Positions 40,586-53,769 of a stretch of 64,000 nt of DNA are shown piece after piece. Under the pieces are notes generated by a model, which ran no database searches, was not told the origin of the DNA, and was given only the letters and a program-made list of their open reading frames with translations. Source of the stretch: Takakia lepidozioides (Eukaryota; Plantae; Bryophyta). Position numbers and translations under genes: made by a program. The DNA lies in the NCBI GenBank assembly GCA_030704615.1, contig CM060732.1:79918001-79982000 (forward strand). Direction: 5' to 3'. Numbering within the stretch: position 1 is the first letter of the stretch; each line of letters opens with the position of its first letter.

Positions 40586-41879
40586 TTCGGTCCAGCTGTT
40601 CCCTTGTATACGTCCAAGGCCTGATCTTTCCAAAGAATCTTCAAGAGGTGCTGTCTCTGTTCAAGCTGAGTAATGTCTCTCGGAGATAGTACCTTTAGCC
40701 TTGTATGGGAAGCAGGTTTTGGACACACCAGGCAGGTGTTGTAACATTGTTGGCCTCAGAAGACTCATACTGGAAGAGTACTGATTTGTTTTGAAAAGGT
40801 TTGGGATAGGCAGGTCAAATGATTCTGGAGACTCCCTTTCCCATGTGTTCTCTCCATATATTCTCTTGACAGAATAATGACCACAAATGTGGTACTTTTG
40901 ATGTTCTTGTATCTATTTTTTGTGGAGAGAGCAGGTTGAAGATATGGTTTTAAAGAAACATTTTTTAACTTCACCCTCTTTTCCATCTGCCAGTTTCAAC
41001 TCCACCTTCTCCTTGGAATTTTACAAAGGAAATTGCTTGCATGTGCATCTCCCGCCCCTTTATCAGCTGCGGTTGGTGTCTCCTCCTCTTTGCCACCTCA
41101 GTAAAAAAGGTGCCATGAGGTTGGAACTTCCTTCTGCCCTGAGCCTTCCCCCTTGATGTAGCAAACCATATGGGGGTCATGAGGTGAGTAGAGTTGATGT
41201 AAATATTGCGGTAAAGGTTAGCCACCCATATAGTTACCCATGGTGGATGTTGGGAAATTACTGTCCCATCTTCTTTGGGGTTTCATCATTCCGTAGAATC
41301 GCCGAGTCTGAAGAAGCAAACTAGCTTCTTGGTGGGAGGTCGGTCAGGTCTTCTGTAGCAAACATAATTTGATGTGTGGGGTTAGACGCCTTTTCCTTCC
41401 TGGAGGGGGTAATGAGACCTTCTTTACTGACCATCCAAACCAGAGTATCTTTTTTTTTTTTGAAGAAAAGGGAAACACATGGGAGCGACAGCTCACAAAT
41501 CAAGCCCCTTAATAGTGAGAGTACTAATATCCAGTGCAGCATGACCTAGCAGCAATAATAATAATAATGTATGATGCCTACTGAAGGAAGTCTAATTAGT
41601 ATGTAAATTGTCGTTTTCATTAATACTCGATGCCAATTTGGACTTTTATTTGTAAGTAAAAACATTTCAAAAAGTCACAAAAAGCTGAAAAGACACATGT
41701 ACCAATCTAAAATGCATGTTTGCTCCGACAGATTATGGGACATACCAGGGTACGTGGAACCTATTGAGCAACAAGAGTATGCATTGGAGTAGGAAGACTC
41801 ACTATTGAATTTGTAGACTTGGACAACACTTGATACAATAGAAGCTTTGTCCGCAAATGTAGTAGAATACAGTCTCGCA

Positions 41880-42357
41880 AATCTTGTGCGAGATACACTC
41901 GGTTTTTAATTGATGAACCGTCATACTTACTGACATCGCGGTGCACAAATCTGCAACGGGGCTTGTCGACGTTTTCCAAACAATGGCCAACCATACCAAT
42001 AAAAGTATGCAAACCTTTCCCTCGAAGGGCTTTACAATGAATCACATGTCCTGGAGGTGGAACTTTAAAGCATCCCATCCAATTTATTTTTTGATGAGCC
42101 TGTTTGGAGACATACAACATGTAGACAATTTATTAATGAAGATGGAACAGAGTGTCACCCTCTCCAATGCACATAATCCCGAAATGCATATACGGTTGTT
42201 GAATTTTTCCATCTTCTGTAAACATGTGATGTCTATGTCCATTGCACCCACGCCGATGGTAACACTAGCTTTGACATACTTCTCCATGCTCTTCTATTTT
42301 TCTTTTGCCCTTTATCTAGCCACAGCTTTCATCCTCGGCAGCTTTCATCCTTGGCAT
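41880..42357 (-). mobile_element. Degraded Replitron-like HUH-endonuclease transposase relic
   Basis: Reconstruction across frameshifts: ASVTIGVGAMDID...SGLCALERG-DTLFHLH*...KK*IGWD...PPPGHVIHCKALRGKGLHTFIGMVGHCL...FVHRDVS...IKNRV. This follows the motif order I recall for plant Replitron HUH domains. Confidence 0.7.
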
Positions 42358-43734
42358 TTGTTGTACAATGTATCGGTTGTATGACCTCTTACGTACTATA
42401 TAGCCTCGAAATTTGTGCCTTAAGTGCACCCCACTTTGCTTGCATCCCAACCTCACAACCGCAAATCGCGTCTAGCCCAACATTTTGTAAACGTACGCCT
42501 TATTGCGGAACCCACCATATTTGCAACCCGACCGTTCTTTGAGGTACATTGTTTGCAATTGACTACCACAACACATTTGCTTGAGGTTGGAACTTTGGAA
42601 CAACTCACCATTGCCAATGACTCAGCTAAATCTCTTGGCCCTTCTTAGCCCAAAGTAAGAGTTCTTCAAATAATCTTTTCACAAACCAAACAGTACAACT
42701 TCCAAGTCTAGTCTAGAAATCAATTAATCAATCTTACTGCTCATGCCTTCGGTGAGACCATTAGTCTAAGCAAGCCGATAATAAAAAAACAATGTTCTAG
42801 CCAATAAGACCTGGTAACTAAAAATCACAATTTATCAGATGTAATAGCGTCAATATCCCATTTATTAACCGGACTAAACAATGGTATGGTCTATTGGTTC
42901 ATCACTATAGACGTCACTAGGTATATTATTGTGTTTGTTACCAACCAAAGTAACATTGAGGATCAGATGTCATAGATTGGGAGTTAATTATGATCAATCG
43001 TTTGGCCAAGGTGCTAATTGATTTTTTTGGCTAAAACAAAGTTGTTCTCGGATAAACTTACAAGTTTCATTGCATGAGGCTTTAACACTGTAGAGCCTAG
43101 GGTATATGAGCCAACCAAGTTGACCAAAAACTTCAATGAGCAACTTGTCAGGCCTACAAACTCGCTCCTAAATTGAGACCCTCTTCAATTAGATCGACAT
43201 ATTCTAGAAGAGCTGGATGAGAATCACAGAGATAATCCAAAATTGGATTGTTTGTTGTACATTCTCTGGAGGCACTGCAGTCTTAAGCAATGTATTCTCT
43301 ATTATATGCTCATTAATGGAAGGTCAATTGATATGATTGTAAACATTGAGGTTTTGGAGTATATATATACGGAAGTGTGCTTAGTTGTCTAATGATTCAA
43401 ACAATACCCATATATGGTTCTTTCAAGCCATTACACGTCCTACAACATCAAGTTCAACCCAAAATAGAAACTACATTTAGCCATATTGGGCACATGTATG
43501 AACACCCACGAAATCCGTTGTCTCTGATCCGTAAAAGGAATACCTACATCAAAAGGGTGCATGGACCCACTTGTTGCGAACTAATTTTATAAGGCCTTCA
43601 AAAATGCATTATAAAAGCTAATGCTCAACTAAAGAAATCTATCATATTAAAGAGCGTTCTATTGAGATAAAATATGACCTCAGAGGCTATAGGGCACAAA
43701 TGCACCTTGGAGCAGCCTTTCTTTGGCCTCAGTT

Positions 43735-45732
43735 GAAGAAAGACGCGACATTTGCACTTTATGCGACTCCGATCAAGACCACAACATACCAAGATACTTC
43801 GACATTACCCACTCAATATCAAGATTTCAAGGATGTCTTCGAGAAGAAAAATGCAGACATGTTGCCAAAACATCGACCTTATGATTGTGCAATTGAGTTG
43901 CAAGAATGAGCTCAACCACCATTCGGCCCGATCTACAATTTATCTCAGGCGGAGCTTGTTGCTTTACACGAATACATTGATGAAAATTTGTCAAAGAATT
44001 TCATTCGACATTCGAAATCATCCGCGGGAGCACCTATCTTATTTGTGAAGAAGAATGACGGATCGTTACGCATGTGTGTGGACTATCGTGGGCTCTACAC
44101 AGTTTCTATAAAAAATCGTTACCCACCACCACTGATTTCCGGACCCCTCGAACAACTCGGACGAGTAAATTTTTTCACAAAGATCGACTTGAGAGTATTT
44201 TACAACCTTGTACGAATAAAAGAAGGAGACGAATGGAAGACTGCTTTTGGCACAAGGTACGGACATTTCGAATACAATGTTATGCCTTTCGGTCTTACAA
44301 ATGCTCCAGCAATTTTTCAACACATGATGAATGACATTTTTCGAGAATTTTTAGATGACTTTGTGTCATCTATTTGGACGACATTTTGATATTTTCACAG
44401 AATGAAGAAGAACATGGTCGCCATGTACGCCTTGTCCTTGATAAATTGAGGGAAAAAAAGACTATATGCAAGTTGGAAAAATGTATTTTCCACCAATCTG
44501 AAGTCGAATTTTTTGGCTACATTATTTCCGACAAATGAGTCTTTATGGATCAGAAGAAAATACAAACCATCATTGAGTGGATTAAACCAACTTCGGTCCG
44601 ATATGTACAATGTTGAAAGGTTGAAGCAGACATTTACAACGGCTCCAATACTGGTACATCCAGACCCATCTAAACCATTTTTTTTGGAAGCAGATGCATC
44701 GGACTTTGCACTTGGTGCGGTACTCTCTCAATACGGTATAGATGGCCGACTTCACCCGGTTGGTTTTCGTTCTCGCAAATTTTCCGCTGCGGAGATCAAT
44801 TATGAAATCCATGATAAATAACGTCTAGCGATTATCGATGCTTTTGAGGAGTGCCGTCATCTATCGGAGGGAGCTAAACATTAGGTCACTGTCTATACCG
44901 ATAACAAAAACCTCGAGTATTTTATGAGTGCTCGTGTTTTGAATCGACGTCAAACGAGATGGAGCATGTCACTAGCAATGTTTGATTTTGTTATTACCTA
45001 CCGTCCCGGACATCTTCAAAGAAAACCAGATGCTCTTTCTCGACGATCGTATCTTGCGCCAAAAGAAGAAGATGCAGCTTTTGACCAACATAAATCCATC
45101 ATCTTGAAACCAGCAAATCTTCAATTGAATATGTTATCAATGTCCATCTATGACGATGCAGAGATCATAAAGGAGATTCAGGAAGCATTGAAGAGTGACC
45201 AATTTGCTACGACACTACGAAGTCAACTAAATCGATCTCGACTGCGAATTCTTCAAACATGTCATGATCTTCCGGCTGCATGACATTTTGGCTTCAATAA
45301 AACAATGGAATTGATATCCAGGGATTATTGGTGGCCGCAGATGTGGAAACTCGTGAAAGAATTTATAAAATCTTGCGATACGTGTGCTAGAGCAAAGGGA
45401 CCACGACATCGACCTTATGGTCTTCTTTAACCATTACCCATTCCCAAGGGTCCATGGTCGTCCGTGTCTATGGACTTTATTACGGACCTTCCAATTTCCA
45501 AGACCACCGATTCAATCCTTGTTATTGTAGATCGTTTTACGAAGATGACACATTTCATTCCATGTAATACGACAGTTACCGGCGAGGAAACTGCAAGACT
45601 CTTCCTCAATAATATCTATCGCATTAATGGATTCCCGAAGGACATCGTATCTGATCGAGGACCACAGTTCATATCAAATTTCCGGAGGGGATTATTTCAC
45701 ATATTGGATACTAAGATCAACCTCTCTACAAC
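43735..45732 (+). mobile_element. Ty3/gypsy chromovirus (Tcn1-like) pol fragment, copy A
   Basis: [82 protein letters not shown]...VDRFTKM; many stops and frameshifts; ends abruptly at ~45732. Confidence 0.92.
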
Positions 45733-48700
45733 CCACATATCTTGTAGGTTCCTCCGTGTCATTGCCTGAATTGTCGGTAATGGGCTGGTACTGGAAAAAA
45801 AATGAGACTCCACAATCAAAAGACACCATACTTGTTGTGTTCATGCCAGGGGATGTAACCCTGTAATGGTTACCATACGTTATCATACTCTTGAATGACA
45901 GGGCAGTAAATGATGGAGGCCTTGAAAGATCTAGTAATTCCTCACGTGTTGTAGGATCAAGCCCATCTGATTGAATTGAGAGATGATCCCATACACCTTG
46001 AGGGAGCCAAACAGCAAATGGAGCACACGGATGCAAATCAGGAGGGTACTGAATTGTCGTGGGATTGCTCATGCCTTCCAGCCCTTGCTCCTCACGAAAC
46101 AAGCGTCGTCTGGCTTCTATCCGTGTGGACTCTGCTTCATATACCCTATCACAATCCGAGGGTCAGCCATGAGATTGACAGAGGTGGCGTGGGAGATATG
46201 AAAAGACGTCATATGCCAACTAATGATAAATGACTAAAACTTGGAAATCTGAATGTCAATGAAGTAGATTTCTTACCCCAACATGATTGATAGACGAGGA
46301 TGGTTCTGAATGATGTACTCATGTACAATATCACGCAGGTCATTCAATTTTCGGGCTTTAGAACTTCCTTCCACAACTTTACGTTCCACAGATTCTGCCT
46401 CATCTGCATCCCACACCCTTCGTACACTTCCATCAAATCCTGCCATATACTCTGTGCAAAAACCCAATGCTTCTTCAAATTGGTATCCTTCTGCCATGCT
46501 CCCCTCGGGCCTTGCCATGTTTCTTACGTAGCCCTTCATATCTTTCATTGCCCGCTCCATGGGGTACATCCAACGAGATGCTACAGGCCCGCATAAGTAC
46601 AACTCATCCACTAGGTGAACAACCAGATGTGTCATCATATCAAAAAATGATGGTGGGAACTCCTTCTCTATAAGACACAGAGTGACAACTGCTTCAGTTC
46701 TCAATTCCTCATACTCTACAGGATTCACCACTTTTGCACACAACTTCTTAAATACACGACATACTCGCAAAATGGCCCTTCGAGGACCACTTGCCATGAG
46801 GCCACGGATAGCAAGCGGTATAATTTGCTGCATGAGCACATGATAGTCATGTGATTTCATACCAGACAATTTCTTCTTCACCACATGCTTTTTGAAAGCT
46901 GATGCGTAGCCTGTTGGCACTTTCAAGTTCTGCACAATCTCCAGAAAGACTTGAAACTCAGCCTCAGTGAAGACATAAGGGGCAGGAGACATAATTAACG
47001 TATCTGCTCTGTCAGGATCACGTTGTAGCCACAATTCTGGGCGCATCACAAGTAGCTTCAAATCACGGCAAACTTTCAATGTGTCTTTCTCACCAAAGAT
47101 AGTTTTAATAATATTTTCAGCCAAGTTCTTCTCGCAATGCATTGCGTCAAACGTGTGGCGGATGAGGAGACCCTACAAAATGAACACATAAGCAATTGAG
47201 CATTTACTCATCACAATTTAAACAGAAAACGCAAAAATATACACGGCCAATTTAAAGGCCATGAAGGAATTACCTCCCAATAAGGTAAGACATATAAAAT
47301 TGACAATCGCTTAACTCCATGAATTTTTGCTGGGTCTGTCCTGCTATCTGGCGTGCCTCCGTTTACCACCCATGCAGTGCGAGCTGTTGCAAGGTCCTTG
47401 ATTTGTGTTACAGTCTGCGTTTTTGGAGGAGTTCCATGCTCAGTAGCGCCATTGAACATTCTTGACCTTCTATATGGATGATTGCGGGCCAAAAATCTTC
47501 AGTGGCCTAGGAAAACAGTTTTTCCACATGTGTGTAACTGCTGTGAAGTCACCCCGGGTCCACAAGCTGGACAACCAGCATAACCTTTCGTCACTTGACC
47601 TGAGAGCAAGCCATATGCAGGGTAGTCATGGATTGACCACATCAACACTGCCCTCAGTGTGAATTCGCGTTGACCACGAGGACGGGAAACATCATGAGCT
47701 GCAATCCCTCTCCATAGTTCCAGTAGCTCTTCCATTAGGGGCATCAGGTAAACATCTACATTGTCCGAGGTAACAGACTCCTTACCAAGAATCAGTAGCG
47801 CTAACATGACAAAGAACTTTTTGGTCATTAACCACGGAGGCAGATTGTAATTGACCAAGAGAACGGGCCATGTGCTCCAACTTGTGGATTGAGCTCCGTA
47901 GGGATTTATACCGTCTAAGGCCAATCCAAATCGCAGAGATCGTGGCTCTGCAGCAAAATCCTCAAATGTGGTGTCAATGTGTCTCCATGCTTTGCTATCA
48001 GCTGGATGTCGAACCAACCCATCCTGGCTCTTATGTCTGTTGTGCCATGTCATGAGGTTAGCGATCGATTTACATCGGTATATACGTTTCAACCTTGGAA
48101 TGACAGGGAAGTGTCGCAATATTTTCTTGGGCACACTTCCACGACCTGGAATGTAACGGGCTCTGCGGCACACTGGGCAAATGTCTACATTCTCATACTC
48201 CCCACGGAAGAGTACACAACCACGCTCACAGGCATGAATCATGGTGTACTGCAATCCCATCTTGGCAATCATGGTTTTTGCTTCATAGTGAGTTTTCGGC
48301 AATGAATTCTCTTTAGGCAAAAAACTCTTACGCAACAATCCCAGAAGCACCCTTCAAAAAGTGGACATTGCGACTGCCGGAAGAGTTTATCATACTCGGG
48401 ATCAATGTGCAGGTGAGCATTCTCATCAAATTCATTGTCTCCGGAATCGTCGAGGTCATCGTCATGATCAGCAAATGTGTGATCGGTTTCACCATCGCAT
48501 CTGCAAAGAGAAACGCTTCCTGCAATGCACGCTGGATTTCTACCTCCAATCCACCACTCTCATCTGTGTTTTCTATGACATCGGGCTCCCGCTGTGCCGC
48601 AAGGCCTTCGTCTTCATCATCTGAATATTCACATCCCTGCATCCCAATAGTCATCTTGTGAGTGGACCAACAACGATGTGACACTTGTTCATATTATGAC

Positions 48701-49243
48701 ATAGGAGGCACGGTGACGTTGCAGTGATGCAGTCATATTTACGTATGTATCTTATGAATATACACCCAATCAAAACACGACATTTGTAGCCATTGAAGTC
48801 ATAGTTGCAGTCACTTAGTTAGTCATATATGACTACATGACTACACATGACCAATGAAAACACGACATGTGCATTAATTAAAGTGATAACGGAAGTGACG
48901 TAGTTATAGTCACGTCTATATCTTATGACTTCTTGACTACAATCACCCAACGAAATGTCGACATGTGGAGAAGAGGATCGTTGCATTCAAAATTCAAACT
49001 AAAGTGCTGAAGGGAAAGTGGCGATCGTACCGGAAGAGAACAGCGTCGGAGAAGAGGATCCCTCCCGTGTATCATGTAATGATTCCTCATTGTTTCCAAC
49101 AACAGCACTTTTCCTCCATGACACTCATCGCAGTTGCATAGCATTTTTGTATGCCCATTCCTTGTGGCATAAGCTTCTTCCATTCGCCATAGACGGTCAT
49201 CTATTCTACGCCTACGCATCCGGTCGCCACCTGCACTGTACAT
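45733..49243 (-). pseudogene. CACTA TnpD/Tnp2 transposase (transposase-associated, Transposase_21, DUF4218, DUF4216-type segments), frameshifted and 3'-truncated
   Basis: LCNCDEC..., IHACERGCVLF, HPADSKAWRH, LALDGINPY, STWPV, YNLPPWL, WSIHDYPAYG, DAMHCEKN, GMKSHDYHVLMQQ, FPPSFFDMMTHLVVHL, RWMYPMER, PEGSMAEGY; frameshifts near 48350 and 47495. Confidence 0.93.
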
Positions 49244-49764
49244 GCTTTGAACGTCACCCCTTCCCTCTTTGCATGCTACGCACAGTGCATTGTCTCTTGT
49301 TTTGCACCAGCTGCCAATGTGCTATTTTTATATCTATAGTATACTATAAGTATCATTTCTGAGTGTCCATGGTGAAGCGGAAGGTCTTCGAAGTGACAGT
49401 CCCTCTCACTGAGTACGAGAAGTTCCGAGAGCACCGGATTGCTGCCATAAAGGAGGTGGAAGCAACGTTCAAGCAGTCGATAGATGGGTGAGTTTAGTTC
49501 CTGACTTTGGTTACCCACCCACTAAACTTGCGCTTCATAGCACAAATGGGGGCGAGTGCTGCGACTTGTACAAACAGAGAGGCAAACAACATGCAGTGAG
49601 TGACGATTAGGTTTGAGGAGGGCGTGTCATTAGGCGGGAGATGTCCGCCGTCATTCGTGGGCAACCATTACGTCCTGGTAGGGTGCGGCTGTGGTTCAAC
49701 GTAGGCTTAAGAGTATTAGGGTATGTATACTTGCATTTGTTTGTGATTGTTTGAGAGGGAGGTC

Positions 49765-52700
49765 ATGGAGGTGTTTGGGCAGGCTTGCGGGAGCGAATCC
49801 CCCTCGCAAGCCACGCGCTCCGAAGGAAAAAGCTAGGGATCAAGGTCTTGCAGGGCAAAGTGCCAGACTGAAGACGATGAAGACTACGATTCTGCATGAA
49901 GGCTTTTTCTGAGGACGATGAGGGCGATCCACTCCTCCTACGCCAGTGCGAGGCGAGTGAGTCGTCGGCGGATGCCACGGCAAGCCGAGGAGAACATGCC
50001 CATGCTCATGTCGCAGGACAAAAACACCCATCATCTACACTACAAACACCTTCTCCGTCTGTGAGTTATAGTTCTTCACAATGACCATGATTCAAATTAT
50101 GTATGTTTTTGGTAAAATCACGAAGAGATAGGGTATGGTAAGATCATGAAGAGATAGGGTATGTCTGTCAAGACAGAGAAGTTGGACAATGCAGGGGTCA
50201 GCCAAGGCACAATCACAAATGATTTCCACTAGACAAGTTGAAGTGCCAAAGGCATGATGTCAGGCCAATGTAGACTGCAGGTGTGTTCAAATTCTTTGCC
50301 CCATGAAACCAACGTCCTGGTACTAAGCTACAATGGCTACTTATAGAGATACTTGGGTTACTTATGCACCCAGAATATCAGTAAAATTTGGAGGGATACT
50401 TCTCATGGACCCATCAGGTTTGTCCCTTTGAATTCTTGCTATGGATTTCAGGAACACCCCATACCTAAGAGGGTTCAAAAATGTACTGGGAGGACATCAT
50501 TAGGGCCAATCAAATTTGGGAGATTTACTACCCAAGATCATACTGAGTTTTGGGTAATCTTGTCTTTACAAATGATACGTGCTTCCAGTTTGTTATCTTG
50601 AATTCAAGGATTTGCTGCTTGCTGCCTATATGTATGTGTAATCACCCACATTGTACTGGGGGAATTTCTTTTCAGGGCAAGCACAAGCGCACTGGATCCA
50701 CGATCCCTGCTGCTAGCAATGGAGATGGCGCCCACAAGAATGCAGGAGGTGGCCCTAACTCTCCCATCGTTTTGGTTTCTGTGCCACCAGTACCCCCACC
50801 TTATTATGGTATGCCTCAGTACCCACAGTTTGGCACTCAGTATGGTCAGGGTCAATATGGTGCTCCTCCATATGGGCAGTATGGCCAGTATCCTCCTCCA
50901 CCATATTTTCCACCCCCTAATAGCTATGGGGGTGGCAGGCCACCGGAATATCCTCCTGCTTATGGACAGTATGGCCAGTATGGTCCTCGGCCTTCTGGCC
51001 AATAGCCATGGCCACCAGTCCCTACTTGGCAGGATCCTGCTTTGAATTCTCCTGAGCACACGGAGGTCTCTGAAGGAGGGGAGGGTGCCGTTTCAAAGAA
51101 TGATAGAACCAATGCTTTAAGGAGGGCTAATAGCTCAGCCAAAATTGAAGCTACCAAGGTGAAGGAAGAGAGAATAGCTGCAGGTCTTCCTCCCACGGTG
51201 ATTGTGACGAACCTCAAAGGAGCCCCGTATGGTCAGACCAGGAATGTATGGCACGCTGCCCTTAAATGACAGGCTTATCGCAAGCTAGATTGTTCCCTTG
51301 CCATCAACAACCAACCTGATGAAGTTGTATACGAAATCAGAGATCACCTGGCTAAGCTATTTTCATATACGCCACACAAGTTAAAAGACTTCCACCTAAA
51401 ACAAACAATTGGCTAATGAAGAGCCATCGTTATGAAGCACACACTGCGTGGTTGGGTGGTAAGGGGAAACCCATTACTGTATCTGACGAGGTATGAAACA
51501 AGCTTGTAAGTTACTGGCAGACAGAGGTGTTCCACAAAGTGTCGGGCAACATGAAGAAGGCAAATGATGCAATTCAGAATCCTACCAAGACTGGCCGTGG
51601 TGAGAAGGCAATGGTGGAAGCACGCTTGGTAAGTGGCATCATCACGACTCTGTATTTTGTTCCTCATTGAATTGCTATGTGTATATAGTCAACCCTCACA
51701 TTGCTTACTGACTTGTGGCATGGATTAATTAATTTGCAGGAAACACTATCAGGGTGCCCTCGTACATTATATGAAATTCAAGAGGGTTCAATGTCACGGT
51801 TGTCAGCTGGGAGTGACAGGCGGGTAAGTGTGTTTTCCACGTTTGCTAGAGTGGTTGCTGCATCATAGGTTGCTAGGGTTTTTTTCAAGGCTTTTGGCCT
51901 GGGTTTTCTTTCCAATGGTTGTTCATGCTAGGTTTTTTTTGTTTGATTCATACTTGGGCAAGTTTTCATGGATTGGCAGGAGGGAATGCTAATGGGCCTG
52001 CATCCCTTCCCAAAGGTTTCGTGGGGAAGATGTGTGGCAAGAAGATGGTAGTTTTGAGACCACGCTGTTATGACTTTTTGCAAAAGTGTTTTGAACACTT
52101 TGAGGTGGCGGTGTGGTCTTGTTGCCAAGCTCGCAACTTCTTCCCAATGGTGGACTATATTTTTGCAGCCCACACTAAGCTGGTTTTCCAGTGGGATGCC
52201 CTTCACTGTGACGAGGATCCAGTCCTCCCATGCCGTAAGGGGTCTGATTCAAAGCCATTATATTTCAAGAACTTGTCTAGAGTGTGGGCAGACTGGCCAG
52301 AATGGACTTATGAGGACACTGTTCTTGTTGACGACACACCAAGAAAGGCGACAAACAATCCTTCCTTCAGTGGGATTTTTCCAGAGCCATGGAAAGTGCA
52401 ACCAGATTCACCAATTGATGAGTATCTAACAGAGGTGTTGTGGCATTTCTTGTGGAAGGCATCGAAAGCTGCCAGTATTCCCAAGTTTTTGGAGTCTCAG
52501 CCTGTTTTCGGACGACAACCATACAACACTGCTACTGTGAAGGTACAAACATTCTGACAGTGCTCCAGAGGCTACAAGTTTTGTGGATTCATTCATTACA
52601 TTGCTTTCCTGGATGCTTCTCCTCGGTTGCTTGATTAATGCTAGGTTTTCTTTGCAGGTTTTCATGTTGGCTTTTTTTGTTTGATTCATACTTGGATTTT

Positions 52701-53307
52701 GTTTCTACTCACTATTCTTGTTTGCTCATTGCTTTCCTGGTTGTTCTCTGGTCTGTGACACAAGAACTTGTGACAAACAAAGGTAATATTGTCGACAAGC
52801 CGGTACAGACCAGGGGCAAGAGTGTCGACCCGGCAAGTAGCCCCCCAAAAGAGGTCTCACAACCACTCGAGACTGCAAATGGAGTAAGTCCAGGCCCTTG
52901 TCTTGTTTGTTTTTTTTTTTCCAACCTTGGGGCTCTCTTTAATTCGCAAATGTTGAGTGTCCCAGTCGTGTGTATATCATGGGTTTTCACATCGTGTTCT
53001 TTTTTGTGTGGAGTTGGGATCACAGTTCAGGGTGGGTGACGAGGTTCGGCTGTTGGATGTGAACTCCAAACGCAAGAAATGTGGAGTAGGGCTGATTGTT
53101 GCTCTTCAAGGTGCTGTGGTGGGTTACGGGTACCATGCTGTGCCCCTTGATTATGCCTGTGTGTACATCAAAGAGGCATGTGTCAGTAACACCCCTCTAC
53201 CATATGTGAATGGTATTAGGAAACATACCGAGTTGGGGCAGGTGGTTGGCCAGACAACACTTTGGAGTCTAAAGTTACTGAAACTTATGGAGCTGCGGAA
53301 TGGATAG
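49765..53307 (+). pseudogene. CACTA second (TnpA-like) multi-exon gene: Y/G/Q/P low-complexity region, FCP1/NIF HAD-like domain, Tnp1/En/Spm-like C-terminal domain
   Basis: Predicted exons ~49765-50060, 50676-51628 (in-frame stops at 51003, 51267), 51740-51823, 51980-52542 (LRP..YDFLQKCFEHFEVAVWS...FQWD..HC...YFKNLSRVW...DTVLVDDTPRKA..NP...IFP), ~52765-52883, 53026-53307 (VRLLD...GVG...HAVPLDYACVYI......PLPY......LGQVVGQTTLW). Confidence 0.75.
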
Positions 53308-53769
53308 TCAGTATTGCACTGTTTAACAGAGTTCTTGATTCTAATAGCACCAGAACATACTAGCTACAACAATTCAGCCCATGTGTGGGCTTGCTTGTTT
53401 CTTGCTGGGCCTTTTGAGGCATGGATTTTTTGACCTTGTGGCTTTTGAGGTGTCCATTGGGACATTAGTCTCATTTGGATTTTTGTAATGTGATTTATAG
53501 GGCTTGTATTCCCCTGTAGTTGACTATTTTCATTCTCCTTGTGGTTGATAGTATGTAGGAGGGATCCATTCTGTTTTCATGTTGGAATTTCACCATGTAA
53601 TGAAGAATTTAAATCATTTAATCCACTTTCAATATTATAAAACATAATACCATTTAATAAAATTTTCCAAGGCTGCAATCCCCCTGTTCTTTTAAATGTT
53701 AAATGAAAACTAAAAATTAAAATATAAACATTAAAAATATAAATTATTTCGGAAAACAATCTTGATGAC

